The notes under the pieces are model-generated. The model made no database searches. It worked only from the letters and a program-made list of their open reading frames with translations, and was not told the origin of the DNA. This document shows, piece by piece, positions 22,801 to 36,376 of a stretch of 64,000 nucleotides of DNA; the stretch's first letter is position 1, and each line of letters begins with the position of its first letter. A program made the position numbers and the translations under genes. Source of the stretch: an uncultured virus (IMG/VR IMGVR_UViG_3300021387_000053) (taxonomy: Duplodnaviria > Heunggongvirae > Uroviricota > Caudoviricetes); the IMG/VR virus record IMGVR_UViG_3300021387_000053; one strand, written 5' to 3'.

Positions 22801-25800
22801 TATGCGGGTATGTCTGATCAAGAGGTCTGGGATGAACTCAGTAAGAGGGATTCGTTCACTGAGTTTGTTAGTGCCGCTGCCGAGATGGTGTCGACTCTTA
22901 CATCTAATCAAACCGAATTAGATAATTCCAGAGAAGCTCTTAAAACTACGACTAGGAATTTATTACAATATTATAAAAACGACACAGGTCTTCCTGATTT
23001 CTTAAAAGATACACTTAATGAGGAAGTCGAAGGAATACTTGATAACTTTGACTTCGGAGCAGAAGACTATGATGCGGAGTTCTAGAAGAGAGCGGAGCAG
23101 ATTGAAAAAGCTTCTGCTAAAGCCGCATAGAATTATAAAGAGTGGCAAGAAGGCAGAGGACAAGCAATAAAGACTGCCGAGGTTCAACTCGATAAAGCTT
23201 ATAACGATTTTAAAGCAGATCCGACAAAAGAAAATCAGGAAGCATACAATCAGCTTGTAGATCAGTATAATGATTTGTTCGATGGAACTTTGAAGAAATT
23301 CGGTGATGATTTAGTAAAGACAGCCGAAGAAGCAACATCTACTGCAAATGAAACACCTAAACAAGAAACCGTTCAGGATCTTGTTAAGAAGCAAGACGAA
23401 GCGATGAGATCTTGGTCGGAGGGATTCCAAGATCAATATAAGGCGTTCTTGGGAAGCAAACAAGAGGATGGCACTTACGATTTAAAATCTTATCAGGAAA
23501 GACTTAATACATTACGTGAAACCAATAAATCTTTATACGATAAGATGATTGCACGTATGCCCCAGCTTGAAAAAGTCGGTACAGAGATTACGAATACTTC
23601 TGACTTTACCGTTGCTGATTTGATGGGGTATTGGAATGACATGCAAGATGAATGGATCAAGGAATACGAGAAAGAAATCAGCAGACGGTCTGAACAGAAT
23701 GAACGACTGGCTGAAGATGCTAAGAATGCCGAAAATGAACTTGATCCGTATCTGGAGTTAATGGCGCAGACCGCTCAAGAAAACCCTGGTGACACTGATG
23801 CGATCTTCGATTTAGTCAGCGGGTTTGAAGAAAATATAAGAAAGAAAATTATTGAATACCTTGCTGAACAAGAGTTTACTCCTGACTCAGATAAGTTTGC
23901 AGAGACTGTCTGGGATGAAGAGTTCATGTCTAAGGTTACGAACTCTGTTGAAGGTTGGTCGACTGCTCTGAAAGCTGCATTTTCCGATGCGACGGGTGAG
24001 ACTACTAAGTCCGCTGAAGAAACTATGTACTTCCTTGAGACGTTACAGACTAAGCTTGACGGAGTGAATGTCGATAACTTCTCTGAAGCCTTCCATAAGC
24101 TTTATGACGGAGCAAAGCCTACCGATAAGAAGAAGATGCTTGAGTATCTTGGTATTACATCTGAAGAAGCAAACAATATTACCGATGATGTAGTAGAAAA
24201 GATCAAGTACAACCTCGATAAGAAATTACTAAAGCTCTATGAAGATACGGATGACAGAACGAAGAAAGTTCTTCCCGGAACTTCTACTCTGCTTGATCCT
24301 AAGAAAGCCGGAACAACTGAGTTCCATACTCAGGCTGAGACGATGCGGAAAGGGATCAACGACTTGCATAAAGCCCTTGGTCAATACTCTGCTATTCAGG
24401 ATAATGTTCTTGAAAAAGGAACTGACAAATGGAATGAAGCTGTTGAGAATCTGGCAACATATGCGCAAGTTAATCAGGACTTATTAAAAGCTGGGGTCGG
24501 TTGGGATTCCGTATGGACAAAACTCAATGAAGATGTACTTCTTTACAAGAATACAATAGAAGCTATTAATGCCGAGATCGAAAGCTCGAAAGGTCAGAAG
24601 GTAGCCAAGGGACAGGAAGAAGCTTGGAATAAAGTTGCTAAGGCTGCTGGGATGACTAGAGATCAGCTTGAACAATACGGACAAAGCTTGATCGATTCAC
24701 GAAGCGGAATTACTTTTGATCGCAAGAAAGTATCTTGGCAAGACATGAGGGCTAAGAAATGGGATGTTGAAGAAGGAAGTTATTCCACATTTGACTCTTA
24801 TTCAACTGGCGTAGAATTAGCTAACGGGAAAGTAGTAACGCTAACCGTAACTCCTATTCTTCCAAATGGCAAAGTATTATCTGAAGAAGAAGTCAAGCAA
24901 TACATAGATGATAACTTACAGGGATTAGATAGTATCGATGATATCTTCAAAGCGGACAATGGCGAAAATGGTAAGACCATCGTAATGAACGCTTACGAGG
25001 GCGGAACTGAAGAGATAGTTAAACAAGCCGAAGCCGCAGAAATGGCTATCCATACTCTGTCTGATGCTTATGAAACGATGGCTGCTGACGCAACGTTTGA
25101 TCCTCAATCTGCATTTGGTGAGTACGGAGAAGGTTGGTGGGAAGGACTCGAAAGAATAGCGGGTGACGCTCAAGATGCTAACCAGGCTCTTGCTCAGTAG
25201 CTGATCACTATGGCTCAGATTGGTCAGGTCGATACCTCTAATATTAATAGTGTTGATGATCTGATGAAGGCTCTTGGTATTTACAAGGAATACGGATTCG
25301 GTGAGGAGTACAAAGCTGATGGAATGTTTGGTTCTCTTTCAGTTCTTGATAGTGAGTCTCCCGACATCGATAAGTACGAGAAGAAGATCGTAGAGCTTTC
25401 TAAAACCGAAAAAGGATTACAGCAGTTAGGCGAAAGCTGGAATAGATAGAGCGATACTCAACAGAAAGCCGTTAAGAAGATGCTTGGCTTCAGTGACGAG
25501 TATTATGACGCTCTTAAAAAAGGAACGAAAGATGCAAAGAAATGGGGTCAAGAAACTGAGAAAGCCTATCAGATGAAGAATCTGAAGAACCTCGAAAAGA
25601 GCGGTAAGGTTCTGGATGGCATGTCTAAGATTTACGATGTCCTGAACGGAAATGTAACTGATGCCACTAAAGCAACAAAGTCGAATATCACAACCTTGGA
25701 AAAACTCAACAAGGGCATGACCGCATACAAGACGTTATCAAACGGTGCAAAGAAGGGTACGACCGAATATACCAATGCAATGAAGGATCTTACGACTGCT

Positions 25801-28068
25801 ACAGGCATGACTGAAGAACAGCTTTCTACTGCAAGCGGTATGGCATAGGCTTTGTCTGAATTGACTTCGCAATGTGACACGGCACAGTTTTCCCTCGAAT
25901 CGTTGGTTAATGCCATGTACGCAATTGCTGGATCTAGCTTCGATCCTTCCACTTGGAATAACGGATTGATTACATTAGGATCTAGCGCATCGGATGCAGA
26001 AAAAGACCTCGCCAATATGATTAATACGATGTTAAGCGCAGCGGGTGCAACGATTTCCGCAACACTTAATGCGGATAAGACCGTAGCCTCTCTTCACGTT
26101 AATGGCGTTGGGTCAACTGGAAGCAAGACAACCTCTAACAAAAAAGGTGGAGGTGGCGGAGGCGGTGGAGGTGGCGGAGACAAAAATAAAAAAACCAACA
26201 CCCCCAGTAAAGACAAGAAAGCCTTTGAGCAAACTAACTGGCTAGAAACAATTAAGTTCCAAGAAGACCAACTCCAAGACCTGATCGACAGACTGGGTAT
26301 CCTGCGTGAACGTTATGATATGCAAGGCTATCTGACTGGCGAGATTAATACGATCAAATAGCAGAACGAGAAAATTCGTGAGCAGACTGAACTCTTTAAG
26401 AAGAACAAGGATGCAGTTGCAAAACGCATTGAAAGTACGAAGAAAGAACTTGCAACGCAGCAGAAGGGAACAGAAGAGTATGATAAGGTACTCGCCCGTC
26501 TGAAAGAACTGCAAGATGCTTATGCGGAATATGACACTGCAATACTTGAAAACCAGAATACTGTTCTTGAGAATGCGGAAGCCGTGAAACAACTCCGCAG
26601 ACAAATCCTTGAACAGGAGATTGAACTGAGGAACGTTCTTAAATCCGCAATCGAAGATCGTAAGCAAAGAGAAGAAGATTCTGCTAATGCCTATGTGAAT
26701 ATGCAGGATCGAATTATTGATGCGATCAAAGCCCGGTACGAAAAGGAACGGGATGAGGTTGAGCGTACAACTCAGCTGAAGATCGATGCTCTGCAAAAAG
26801 AGACGGACGCTCTGTCTGAAGCTCTTGATGAGAGAAGGGCGTTATCTGAAGAACAGGATAAGGCTGTAGAGTTAGCTAAACTTCAGGCACAGTATGCTCG
26901 TATTATTGCAGACCCGACCAGAGCCAAAGAAGCTCTTGAAATCCAGAAGAAGATTACTGATCTTCAGAAGGAAATGGCTTGGGATGCAGCTGAGAAATCC
27001 GTTGAAGATCAGCAGAAGTCTATTGAGAAACAAGTTGAAGACCTCGAAGATTATCAGGAGCGGATGAACGAGTACTACGATAAGTTACTCGAAGACAATC
27101 ACAACTTTGCCGATGAAGCGAACAAAGTACTTGGCGGTTCTCAGGAAGAGATTATCGCATGGCTTAAAGCGAACGATGAGGAATATAAAAACTCGACGGC
27201 AGAACAACAGGCTCAGATGGTTGAGGAATGGAAAGACAGTCTCAATACAATGAGCGGAATCACTGAAACTGTCTGGGCTGAAGTAGAACAGATTATTGCC
27301 GGGGGAGATCAAGCGATTATTGCTTTCCTCGAAGCAAATAGTCAGGAGTATATGGAAGCCAGTTCGTATGACAGACAGCGGATGTTGGAAGACTGGCGTG
27401 ATCAGTTAATGTATCTGCACAGGGCGTATGAGAATATTACTCCTAACCTTGCACTCCACAACTTCACAAATACTGCACAAACTTGGGACGGAGAGTCTTC
27501 GAGCGGTAGCAGTTCAAGTGGCGGTGGTGGTGGCGGGGGCGGAGGCCCCGGCGGAAACAACAATAATAATTCTGGAGTAAAGAAACCTAAACACGATGAT
27601 CCGAGTAACACGGGTGTTATCGAAGGTCTTTATCATAACGGAAGCAGTACTGGCGGAGTTATCCGTGGTAGTGTAAATGATCCGGCTAATGTCGGTGCTA
27701 GCGTAATCGATTTAATAAAGAGAAAGCGTATAGCCGAATTCGATACAGGTGGTTCTACTGGTGATCAGGAAGGTATTGCGTATATCCACAAAAAAGAACG
27801 TGTTCTTACTCCTGAGCAGAATGAGACCTTCGATAAGGTTCTCAAGACGATGGAAGCACTGAACAGAATCTATGTGAGTATGCCGACGCTGAACCCGCAA
27901 TACAGTGGAGCAAGTACTTCGAATATTACTTTCGAAGGCGGTATCCATATTGAAGTGGATCAGCTGTCCAGTGATTCGGATTATGAAGAAGTCGCTGAAC
28001 GTGTTATGGATTACATTAACGAACGGATCGGTCGGGGCATGAGCGTCGGCGGTGTCCGTATTAATTAA
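16822..28068 (+). CDS. Tape measure protein, 3748 aa, 15 in-frame TAGs
   Basis: Eleven track ORFs share one frame; gaps read by hand contain only TAG (16873, 17197, 17926, 18865, 19021, 19246, 19540, 20809, 21940, 23083, 23128, 25198, 25447, 25846, 26359); TP901-type core (IGTALNTMIARL, MAGTRQQNYFIALM); C-terminal FDTGG..AYIHKKERVLT. Confidence 0.92.
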
Positions 28069-28077
28069 ACCTATTAC

Positions 28078-28111
28078 GGAGAGGGGAGTCACAAGCTCTC
28101 CTCTCCTCTTT
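28078..28111 (+). terminator. Intrinsic terminator
   Basis: GGAGAGGGGAGT/GCTCTCCTCTCC hairpin plus TCTTT. Confidence 0.6.
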
Positions 28112-28306
28112 GAAAGAAGGAGTTGCCGTTGGAAGAGTAGTTTGATTAGTCTTGTCCTGTATTTGTATCAGAAGAACTTGACAGAAGGTGGAAAGAAACT
28201 GTAAGGCAGCTCGAACAGGAAGTCGGATTAGACGAATTAAAAAGGCTTGCAAGTGAGAATAAAGAGCCATTGGAGATAACCGTTAGTATTAAAGGAGTTG
28301 AGGAAA

Positions 28307-29407
28307 ATGGGAGTTATGAGGTATAGTTTCAGCTATTGCGGGATCCCTTGCGAGGACTTCGGACTGAGGTATATACCAGACCAGAAGGCGAGGGCATTTG
28401 ACCAAGCGGAATTTACGCCGATTACCGAATCGGTAACAGCCAGAGTAGGATCGAACTGGTTTGGCAATACCGTGAAAAACCTCGACTTTACTCTGTTATG
28501 TTTTTATGAAGATCTTACTCCGGGCGAGTATGAAGCGATCTACAGATGGATGCATAAAGATACCGTGGGCGAGTTAAGATTCGTGGATCGCCCCTGGTGC
28601 TATTACATGGTCAGACCCAGTAAGAAACCAGTGGGAGAGAATTATGTAGTGTATGATGCGGAAGGGAACGGAAGGTTCTCTGGTAAGATCACTTTTTATC
28701 TAACGTGTTACGAAGGGTATGCGAGAATAGACAGAACCTATACAATTTCTACAAGCGCACAAGCCAGCGATTCGATAGCCGACTTGACAACCGAAGACTG
28801 GGAATCCGCTAAAAAATATTGTGGATTAGTCGATACGAGCCAAATGCCTTTTATAACTTCCTACACTCAAATGCCGCAGTAGATTTACAATCCCGGAACT
28901 GAGACTACGAATTTAGTGAAGATACGTATTGGCGGTACTGCTCCTAATGGGATCACGATTGAGAACCACACAACTGGAGATGTATGCAAACTGGTTTCTT
29001 TACCAGAAGGTAATGAACGTCTTATATAGGATAGCTCAGTTGGAACAGTGACATATCACAGCAACGGAGACTATGCTTTCTCTTACCACAACTTCGGATA
29101 TATTACTCTTGCAAGTTGCGGGGCGTACAGAAATATACAGTTCCATACGACTCCTAATTCTTCCGTTATCACTTCGAACGGACAGTTCCGCAAGTCTACG
29201 GATGTGGGAAAGTATGTTTATATCAACGGAATTGGTTGGCGTAAGATTGCCAGTGTGACAAACCCCAATAGCGCAATTCTGAGTGAACGAGTATCTACAG
29301 GCGGAAACCGTGACACAATAATTGCAACGATGAATGAGATTTATATTCAGGGTGAAGGTGCTACCCTTACAGATTTTAGAATAGAATATACCCCGCTTGT
29401 GAGGTAA
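28307..29407 (+). CDS. Distal tail protein (Dit-like), 366 aa, TAGs at 28880 and 29027
   Basis: FSYCGIPCEDFGLRY start, GELRFVDRPW, IYNPGTE; follows tape measure. Confidence 0.8.
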
Positions 29408-29419
29408 AGAAAGGAGAGG

Positions 29420-32400
29420 GTGAGATTGAGCAAACATGTCTCATTAGACATATTCAATTACAGTTATCAGAAAGTCTGTAACTTATATGATTCGGAAATT
29501 ACAACTCCCGGTTCGGCTCATGACATTACACTGGTGAATGAGATCACTGGCTGGAAGACTCTCACCTTTACATTACCTTATGTACTGGATGAGGGATCGA
29601 ATAATTACCGTTGGGACTTTGTAAAGAATGAGTACCTGATACGGTAGAAAGAGGATGACTCCTACGACTGGTTTATTATCCATACTCCGAAGAAGAAGAG
29701 AGATGCGAAGTCAATTGAGAATACCGTGACTTGTTCTCATGTCTGCGGTGGACTCAAGACCAAGAACATTTACCTTTCCTTTGACGGAGACGAGACGGGT
29801 ATCGGTACTCTCCAAGAACTGGCTACTCAGGTTCTCGCCGGGACTGGTTGGGTTTACGATACAGCGGGATCAGATACGATTTACGAGGAAGACGGAGAGA
29901 CGGTTAAGATCCGCAGTCTGAAGTCCAACTCTAAAGCCGGGGCTTATAAGATGATCACTGATCTCTGTACTCTGTTCGATGCATATCCGATCTTCCATTG
30001 TTCAGAAGACGGACGGACTAAGATGGTCACGTTCCGCTCTATGGATAATAAAGGCGATATGCGTGAGGTTATGATTGGGAAGGATCTTCAGTCGATCAGC
30101 TTCGAAGAGAAGAGCGAGGACATCGTAACCAGACTGTATGTTGAAGGGGAGTATGGCGATGACGGGTATGTGGGTATTGACGATGTGAACCCGACTGGTC
30201 TGACGTATCTCCTGAACTTCAGCTACTACAGAGAGAATGGATTATTTACTGCGGAACATCAGGCGATCTACGATACATTCCTCGCCAATATAATGAATAT
30301 CACTGAATACATCAGAGAACACGCGGCAGAAATCACTACGATGAGCAATGAGCTTAATACTTTATGGGGTCAACCCTAGCTCGTCCAATACAACATAAAT
30401 TCTACTACTCACTCGATAGAAAGCACAATTAAGAGTTCTGAGGATATCAGCGACGATAAACTTCCGATTGTAGTCGGGGATGTTCTCCATATTGTCGGCC
30501 CCTCCGGGACTTACCGCAAAGAAGTTGTATCCAATGCAAGCACGTTCGGTTTCCAAGCCGGAGATGTGTATGCGGTTAAGTATACAACTACTGAGGGCAA
30601 GTCGAACGCAGCAGGAACGATTGGATCGAAGGAAGTCTCTATCGAAGCTAAGGAGTCTGCGATTACTCAGATCGAGCGGTTGAAGAGACAGACAACCGAT
30701 CCTGATAAGATCGCAGAATACGACAGACAAATCGCAGAGATCAGAACTCAGATTCAGCTTATTTATACGGGTGTTCCTGAGACAACCACTGATCCTGACG
30801 CAGTTCCTACTGTTGGTCTGTACACTCTGTATTATCAAGCCATGGACTAGAACTTCCGCCTGTACAATGCAAAGACTGTACTGAGTACTTATCAGGATCA
30901 GCAGAGCAGCCTTGAATCCCAGTTCTATATGGACATGGGCGATATGTAGAAGGACGGCTACTGGTCGAACACCAATTATATCCAGGGGCAGGAACAGTTC
31001 CTGTATGCGGATGCGATTAAAGTTCTCGATCAAATGAGCAGACCGCAACGCACATATACAGTGAACAGAGTTGCGATGAGCGACGTGATCGGATACGACC
31101 TGAATGACTTCGAAGTGAATACGCAAGTCAGGATTTACGATCCGAAGATCAATGTCAACGATATCGTGTACGTTAAGAAGATCACAAAGTATCTGGATAC
31201 TCCTTGGAAGGATAAAGTAGAACTCACTAATGAGTCGATAACTTTATCAGGAAAATCCCTTGACTCGATCCTTCAGAGGATTACATCTGTGGCTAGTGAA
31301 ATGGAAGCCAGAAAGGATGTATTTCAACGAGCCAACGCATTAACTAAAGAAGGCACAATTATGATGGACAGACTGGACGGAGCGATAGATATAATGAAGA
31401 ATCGTCTCCTGAGTTCTGTGTCTTCTTGGTATACAGATGACAACGGTAACATTATGTTCGAAGCCGCCGATGGTCAGTCCGCTATGATGCTGAGTGGCGA
31501 TGGGTGGATGATTGCGAACGGTAAGACTGAAGATGGAGAATGGAACTGGAGAACGGCAGCTAGTGGTAAAGGTATTACCGCTGATGCAATTGTGACTGGA
31601 TACCTGAGCGCAGCATAGATTGAAGCGGGGAGTATCACAGGAGATAAGCTTGACATCCATGCGGGTGACAGCTTAGATCTTTCCGCAAACCAATCAATTC
31701 ATGTGGCGGTCGGACAGGCACTTCAGGATATGGAAAGATCTTCTGGCGATAACTTACTCGCCGGAACTTCCACAACACTGACTCAAGCAGATGTCGCAAC
31801 TGATCTGGTTCTTGGAGCGGTTGAGATTGATGCAGACGAAGCTGGAGCAGAGACTCTGAGTTTCCGCTGTCACTTAGCTCCTACAACGGACAGCTTCAAA
31901 GTAGGACTTCGACTCCATAACTTTGACGGAACTTATACAGACTACCTGAGTGAGACAACGGTAGCAGCCGGAGAAGAAGACTGGTGCGAAGTAAATGCTC
32001 CGTTGTCTGATAACGTTGAGTATGCGGAAGCTCTTCTCGTGAACTCAACTCATGAACACACATCTACTGTCTATTACCATTCCGCTAAAGTTGAGTACGG
32101 CCCCTCGACTCCTTACACTCCCAGTATTAATGAGTTGAAGAGTGAAGTGTCTGGACTTACAGTGGATATGTACGGAGACTCTGGTAAGATCGAAACCTAC
32201 AGGCAGACAATGGAAGGAAGTATTAAAGCGAACAAGGATGCGATTGCTGAGATTACTCCTGAATACATTGCTCAGTCCGTAAAAGATCAAGTCACATACG
32301 GAACTAGAAACCTGATCCTGAACTCCAGTATTCTACGGAAGAACAGAGACGATTAGGTTACGATCTTTGAGTTGTCTGAACCGACAATCGAAGACCATGT

Positions 32401-34387
32401 GTACACTCTCTCGATGGACTTCATTCCTGCAACGGGAGTACAGAAGTATAACGTGTGTCTCTCCCAGGGCGGACAGTCCGTCGGTTATATTATTCCGTAT
32501 GGCACATCAAGACAGATCAGAACACTAACGTTCCTTTCCAAGTATGCGAGACAGTCCTCAGATCAGATCGCAACAGATAAAGTCGCTGCGTGGAATATTG
32601 TGAACGGTGCAAATAATAAGACTCCCGCAGAACTTGACACGTACCTGACGGGTCTTGTCAACGGGAATGTGGATGTAACGAATAGACCAGTTGTTCTGGG
32701 CAGAAGACTTACTTCTGAAGCAGGATATACGGATGCAATCGAAGACCAGTACTATTCGATCTTCGGTAAGGTTAAGAGTATTACTGCGACAGAGGGAAGC
32801 GCAACTTCGACTCTCTGGCTTCTGATGACTGCGATTACCCCGCCGGGGAATGAGTAGTATACAGATGCGGAGCTTAATACGTATGTCCAGAATTTTAATT
32901 CTCCTGACTACTATACAGTCAGCGGAAGTACTTAGACTTGGGATACCGCAAAGATTCTGGAAGACGATGAGGACGGAATTATCGTAGCTTTTGTTACAGA
33001 TCAGGCAGACGGCATTGCCAAAGCAACAGCCCTTGAAACACTGCTTCAGATCAGGCGGGATATGGCTGAGTTCAGTTCCGCTACTGTAGATGTAACAAGC
33101 TACAAGACAGCGTACCTCGATCCTTCTGTTACGATTCTGAACGGAGACGTAGATGAGAAGAATATAGACCTTTATCTCTATGCTGTTCCGGCTGGGGTAA
33201 CAGACAGAGGATTAACGACGATCTATAACGCCAAGCTTGAACGAGGAAACGCAGCAACAGGGTTCACGAATGCTCCTGAAGATAATCTGTATGCGGGTGT
33301 GAATCTCCTGCGTAACGGCGGATTCGAGATGTATGGTACTCACAATTATCCGATTGGTTGGGTTCTTATGAATGACGGAGACAGAACACAAGAAAACTCT
33401 GTTCATGAGTAGGAAGTTGTTGCTGCAACGGACTTCAGCGTTTGCGGACCCAATACTGATACAGACACATACGGCGGGTTTAGAGATCCCGCTGTAAATA
33501 CGTGTGTAATTATCAGACAAGGAGAACACACTGCGGAGCAGAGAGTTGGTATTTACAGTAACCGTGTAGATTTAACACCGAATGAAGTGTACACCTTCTC
33601 TGGTTATGTAAGCTGTAGATACGCCACAAAAGTCTATGTAAACGTATATGAGACAGACGCTTCTAACGCAAGCCCGGACGAAGCACTGAGTGTTATAAGT
33701 ACTAATGAGTACACTCCGATCTGGGGCAACACTTAGCTTTCTACTTGGCGGAGATTTGAGATCACCTTCAAAGCGACTGCGGGTGTTGAAGTGGCTATTT
33801 ATTGTACTGGCCCTAGAACCCATGAGACAGAAGATGTTGTGATTATGGTTACACAGTGCAAGATTGAGAAGGGATATTTCGCAACAGATTATTCTGAGTG
33901 CAATATGAACGCTTCGGATATTGTGAGTAGAATCAGTTCCGCAGAACAGAAGATTACTCCTGATGCAATTGAAAGCACTGTAAGAGAACGGCTCGATTAT
34001 GAGAACACAATAGATAATCTGGATACTCGAATCGATTCTGTTAGTTCGACTTTAACTCAAACTTCGAGGTCTCTTACGGCAGAAATAACGAGTGCGAGGA
34101 ATGACGCAGCTGATGCTTTAAATGCATACGATGCAGAGGTTAAAACCTATATTAGATTTACAGAAGCGGGTCTTGAACTTGGCAAGCAAGGGACTAATAA
34201 CTCTGGAATGACAACTCTTCTTTCAAACGACAGACTCTCATTCAAGGACAGCGGTAACGAAGTGGCATATATCTCGCAGAACAATCTTTGGATCACGCAT
34301 GCTCAGATCCTTTACACTTTAGAGTTTGGCGGGATTATTGCAACTAAAGATACTGACGGAAGTATCAACTGGGCATGGACAACGTAA
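29420..34387 (+). CDS. Tail hub / spike (Tal-like) protein with carbohydrate-binding-like inserts, 1655 aa, 10 TAGs
   Basis: Eight track ORFs in one frame; DIVTRLYVEG, WNWRTAASGKGITADAIV, RNLILNS and NLLRNGGF, KLERGNAATGF motifs. Confidence 0.85.
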
Positions 34388-34406
34388 GTTAAGGAAGTGA
34401 AAGGAA

Positions 34407-36356
34407 ATGGGATCTTTTAGTATATGGAACAGAATGGTTGTCAGTTCTAACCCTAAGACATTCAGTTGGTCTGCTCCAAGCGGAAACAATATGACAAGTG
34501 TGGTTATCACTATCGATGGTGCGGCTTCTGGTTCTCCCAGAAATTAGTATCACGGTGATACTCCTATAGCAGACATTAATAACCATCCAACTTATACAAT
34601 TAACAGCCCAGGCAATTCTGGCAGTTACTCTGTCCGATCTGCAAATACTGGTGCTTTCTATATATCGGTTACAGGATACTATGAATCAGCGTAGGGACCC
34701 TCGACAATCAGTGCGGGGAATATAACTCTTGGGGATTTCAGTGCTGTTACAATTGGCAACTCGCAAGGTTAGACTGGTCTTGTACACAAGATCAAGTGGA
34801 CGATGGTAAGTCCTTCTGGAGCTTCTCATGATACGGGTTGGATAACGACAAGTGTCGGAGCAGGAACGGCTTCCGCAACAATCGATGTAGCGACTTGGTT
34901 GCCTTATATGCCGACGAACGCCCGTTCAAATATTTTATCGATTGTTTGTCAGACTTATAAAGACGGAACTTATTACGGACAATCTTCTACAACATGCACT
35001 GTATCGATTCCCGATACACCCGCATATCAACCCGTTATTGGTTCGACGAGCCTTACTGTTGGAGAACCAAGTCCGACGAACTGGTATAACAATAAACCTT
35101 GGAAGACTAAGTCAACGGCAGTAGTTAGTTGGAGTGGAATTACTCCGCAACAAGGAGCTACTTAGGCTTCATGGACTCTGACTGGAGACAGTATTCTTCA
35201 TAGCGGAGATGCGACTTACGCAGCACAAGGAGCAATCGTAACCAGTATATTTGCAACAGCGGGAACAAAAACATTTACACTTACGGTTACAGATTCCAGA
35301 GGATAGAGTTCTTCCGCATCAGTAACTTTATATGTAGCGGATTACAATCTTCCGACGATCACGGATTATTCTTGCTTCCGCTGTGATCCAACTACATTAG
35401 CTCCAGATCCCACAAGTGTAACGGGTGGAGCAAGGATGAACTATTCTGCATTCAATACTGCGGACGGCAACACCATCACGGGAGCAACAATTTCCATCTA
35501 TCAAAATGGAGATTACCAGCCAATGCACACAGGAATAGCACAGCCGAATACCGTTTACTCGTATGGATCAACGACCGCTGGAACAGCCCTTGACCAAGGC
35601 ACAAGATACAGTGTGCGGTTCTCTGTTACGGATACATTAGGCGGAACAACTACAGTCGATTCCATGATTGATACAGCTTACGTATTCATGCGGTGGGATA
35701 AGACTTTGAACTCCTTTGGATTCGGATCATATCCTCTGGCTTCCAATGGACAGAATCAGGTTTATATGAACCCGTCGTGGAATCTGTACACACATGGGCA
35801 GGAGATTATTGATCTGATTCATCCTATCGGCAGTATATACATTTCAATTGATAATACCAGTCCGGCTACATTGTTCCCCGGTACATATTGGAGACGTATC
35901 AGTGGCAGATATCTCATTGCAGCCGGAGCACCGAATGCAAACGATGATAACAGTATAGGTTCAATTACTGGCGGATGGAATGCAATAGTGGGAACTAAAG
36001 CTGGTGGAGATGCTCACTCACATGCAACTCAAAGCCATACCTTGGCTATCAATGAGATCCCGCAACATTATCATGGTATGTTGGACTGGTGGAATACAAG
36101 CTATAGTGGTAGTGGTACTAGAGCCGCTGTTGCTGTTAACGGCGATGGAAGCGGTTCTGCTGATGTGAGAAATAATAGATCCAGATCTGACGGTGTTATC
36201 CAAAGTGCAAGTAATATGACTGTCCGTACAGGGACCGCTATTGGTCAGCCTCACAACCACGGAGCTACTGAAACGGGTTGGAATTTACCGCCATATTTTG
36301 CTGTTAATATGTGGTTACGTGTTGCAACAGCGCAAGAAGCTACTACGGATATATAA
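34407..36356 (+). CDS. DUF859-like minor tail protein with C-terminal baseplate/fibre domain, 649 aa, 5 TAGs
   Basis: VTDSRG..V.DY..P.I....FRCD; HPIGSIYIS...PATLFPGTYW; NLPPYFAVNMWLRVA. Confidence 0.8.
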
Positions 36357-36376
36357 TTCAAAGAAAGGGTGGTTGG

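Noticed and set aside
26146..27555. GGN-rich runs as repeats or CRISPR
   Set aside because: They are poly-Gly linkers in the tape measure protein; no repeat-spacer array was seen in the window.
28129..28401. Possible small TTG-start ORF with three TAGs between tape measure and Dit
   Set aside because: It has an SD but no recognisable motif, and would overlap Dit by about 95 nt; not supported enough to call.
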